The notes under the pieces were generated by a model. That model was not told the DNA's origin. It saw nothing but the letters and a program-made list of their open reading frames with translations, and did not search any database. This document shows, in pieces, positions 23,309-25,013 of a stretch of DNA of 25,013 nt. Location: positions 1 through 25,013 of the IMG/VR virus record IMGVR_UViG_3300027838_000037, one strand, 5' to 3'. Positions within the stretch are counted from its first letter, which is position 1, and each line of letters begins with the position of its first letter. The DNA comes from a virus. Lineage: Duplodnaviria > Caudoviricetes. Both the position numbers and the translations under genes were made by a program.

Positions 23309-25013
23309 TCATTTCTGTATTATTACTATCTTATTAGACGCACTGGAGTTTCCAAACACTTGAGATTCTAACACACTACTACTTCTATTCTGCACGATGA
23401 CAAGCAACGTATCATTAGGAATGAACTTTACATAGGCTACATCACTACCACTACCTTGCCTCATTAAAGTACAACTAGAAGTTGCTGTAGCTGTAGAGCA
23501 CTGACTACTATTATAAGAGTTATTAGGCGTTGTGTAGTATCCTAATGTTGATGTGCCACCACTGGTAGATGTTGATGTCGTTGTAGTAGTATCACCAACT
23601 ACAGCAGATGTTGTTGTGGCATCTGATGCTGTAGTTGCTACTGAATCTGTACTTGATGTGGTTGTTGATGTTGATGTTGATGTATCACTAGTATCATCAT
23701 AATCATAAGTTTCAGTGGTGGTAGTCGTAAGCAAATCATCATAGTTAGTCGTTGTCGTTGTTGATTCTGTTGTTGTCGTTACGGTAGTTGTTGTAACCGT
23801 AGGCGTTGAGAGTGTGGTGGTAGTAGTTGTAGTTAGCGCCGTAGTATAGGTTGATTTGCCTGTAGTATCTGAAGGCTGACTATAAGATGCCGCTGTTGTT
23901 GCATCTGAATCACTACTTGATGTTGCCGTTGTTGTTGCTTCACTAGATTCCGCAGAGGTTGAAGTTGATGTGCTTTCTGTTGTTCCCGTTGCTGTTGAAG
24001 TTGTTTCTGTTGAAGTAGCTGTAGTCGAACCACCCTGATCTCTCAGTGTATCAACTACTGCCTGTTCATCTTCCTGTATCTCTGTTATGGCAGTATCAAT
24101 AGCCTCTAGTGTATTGCCTGATAGATAGTCGGCGGGGTCCATACCACTTTCCTCAAAGGCCGCCAAATCTTCTGATGTTAATTCACCACTCCAGTCTGGA
24201 TCTATTGTATCTCTAATCCAATCAACCAACTCTGCAAACTGTTCATCATTCAGTGTACTAAACGCAGCATCAAACAATGCTCGTTCATATTCATCTTCAG
24301 CTGCATCTTCCAATTCTTCTATCTCAGCTGCCGCATCTTCACCTAGATATTCTTTATTGATTTCTTCTTCCATTGCATCTAGAGTATCCCAAGCCAGTTC
24401 TGCTTCTTCAAATGAAATGTCACCGGCCTCTAGTGCCTCATCTACTGATTGGAAACCCTCGTTGATTTTATCTCGTTCATCCCAAAACTCATCACTAGTA
24501 TCAGCATTGTCATAGAAGGTACTCATCTCATTATCAAAGGTTGCTACCACTTCAGCCACCTGCATAGTGGCATCGTCTACAGTATCCAAATCAACCAGTA
24601 CAATATCACCATCACCACTCTTTCTAGCATCTTCATCCTCATAGAAATCTGTCTCACTTTCTATTAGAGTATCTACCTGTTGGTTCAAGTCATCTTGCTG
24701 AGTTTGGATGTCCTGCACTACTTCTTCCTGTTCTTCATACATATCATCAATGGATGAAGTGACACTATCCATGACGGTCATCATGTCCTGAACCTTATCT
24801 TCCATAACAGAATATGCATCTTCAGCATCTTCCCATGCCATCTCGCCAGACTGTAACTTTTCGTCTATCTCTTGAAATCCCTGGTCTATGTCCTGCCAAC
24901 CTTTGTCTACATCTTCCCACATACTCTGTGCAGTTTCATCTATCTGCTGAAAGCCTTGGTCTACATCTTCCCATTGCTGACTGATTTGTGCCTGATCTTC
25001 GTCAATAGTCTGC
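23309..25013 (-). CDS. Large acidic repeat / Thr-Ser-rich protein, 5' end outside the window
   Basis: The frame stays open from 24922 to the window edge (QTIDEDQAQISQQWEDVDQGFQQIDETAQSMWEDV...). D/E-rich helical repeats, a long T/S tract and a beta-rich C-terminus. Confidence 0.85.
   Translation of the reverse strand, partial: QTIDEDQAQISQQWEDVDQGFQQIDETAQSMWEDVDKGWQDIDQGFQEIDEKLQSGEMAWEDAEDAYSVMEDKVQDMMTVMDSVTSSIDDMYEEQEEVVQDIQTQQDDLNQQVDTLIESETDFYEDEDARKSGDGDIVLVDLDTVDDATMQVAEVVATFDNEMSTFYDNADTSDEFWDERDKINEGFQSVDEALEAGDISFEEAELAWDTLDAMEEEINKEYLGEDAAAEIEELEDAAEDEYERALFDAAFSTLNDEQFAELVDWIRDTIDPDWSGELTSEDLAAFEESGMDPADYLSGNTLEAIDTAITEIQEDEQAVVDTLRDQGGSTTATSTETTSTATGTTESTSTSTSAESSEATTTATSSSDSDATTAASYSQPSDTTGKSTYTTALTTTTTTTLSTPTVTTTTVTTTTESTTTTTNYDDLLTTTTTETYDYDDTSDTSTSTSTTTSSTDSVATTASDATTTSAVVGDTTTTTSTSTSGGTSTLGYYTTPNNSYNSSQCSTATATSSCTLMRQGSGSDVAYVKFIPNDTLLVIVQNRSSSVLESQVFGNSSASNKIVIIQK

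Noticed and set aside
17425-24033. Alternative-frame minus-strand ORFs 17425..17616 and 23833..24033
   Set aside because: They are fully nested out of frame in nrdJ and the T/S tract. The Q-rich translation is a by-product of ACA repeats.
532-24667. All plus-strand ORFs in the track
   Set aside because: They lie antisense to well-supported minus-strand genes and show no recognisable motifs, so they are treated as shadow ORFs.

Overview
AT-rich, gene-dense fragment of a large T4-like (probably marine) myovirus genome. Every credible gene is on the minus strand. Core T4-like genes are primase gp61, RNase H, gp33, gp59, phoH with an exonuclease, and thyX. There is a class II (B12-dependent) ribonucleotide reductase and no nrdAB in the window. 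Accessory cargo includes tRNA-Thr(UGU), ribosomal protein bS21, ClpP, SpeD, a flavin-dependent halogenase, two TIGR02466-like 2OG-Fe(II) oxygenases, a beta-barrel-like protein and a CHASE2 adenylate cyclase. Two loci stand out. (1) An alphaproteobacterial-type circularly permuted (two-piece) tmRNA that the ORF track does not show, with tag ANDDFYFEEYRLAA and an unusually long 220-nt intervening segment carrying an ORF. (2) An operon behind tandem late promoters encoding an ExbB/MotA-like channel, an ExbD/MotB-like partner, and a membrane protein fused to a GH24 lysozyme with a possible internal start. Sigma70-type promoters (two apparently leaderless) and T4 late (N)ATAAATA promoters are visible. 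All calls come from motif recognition by eye; no searches were run.
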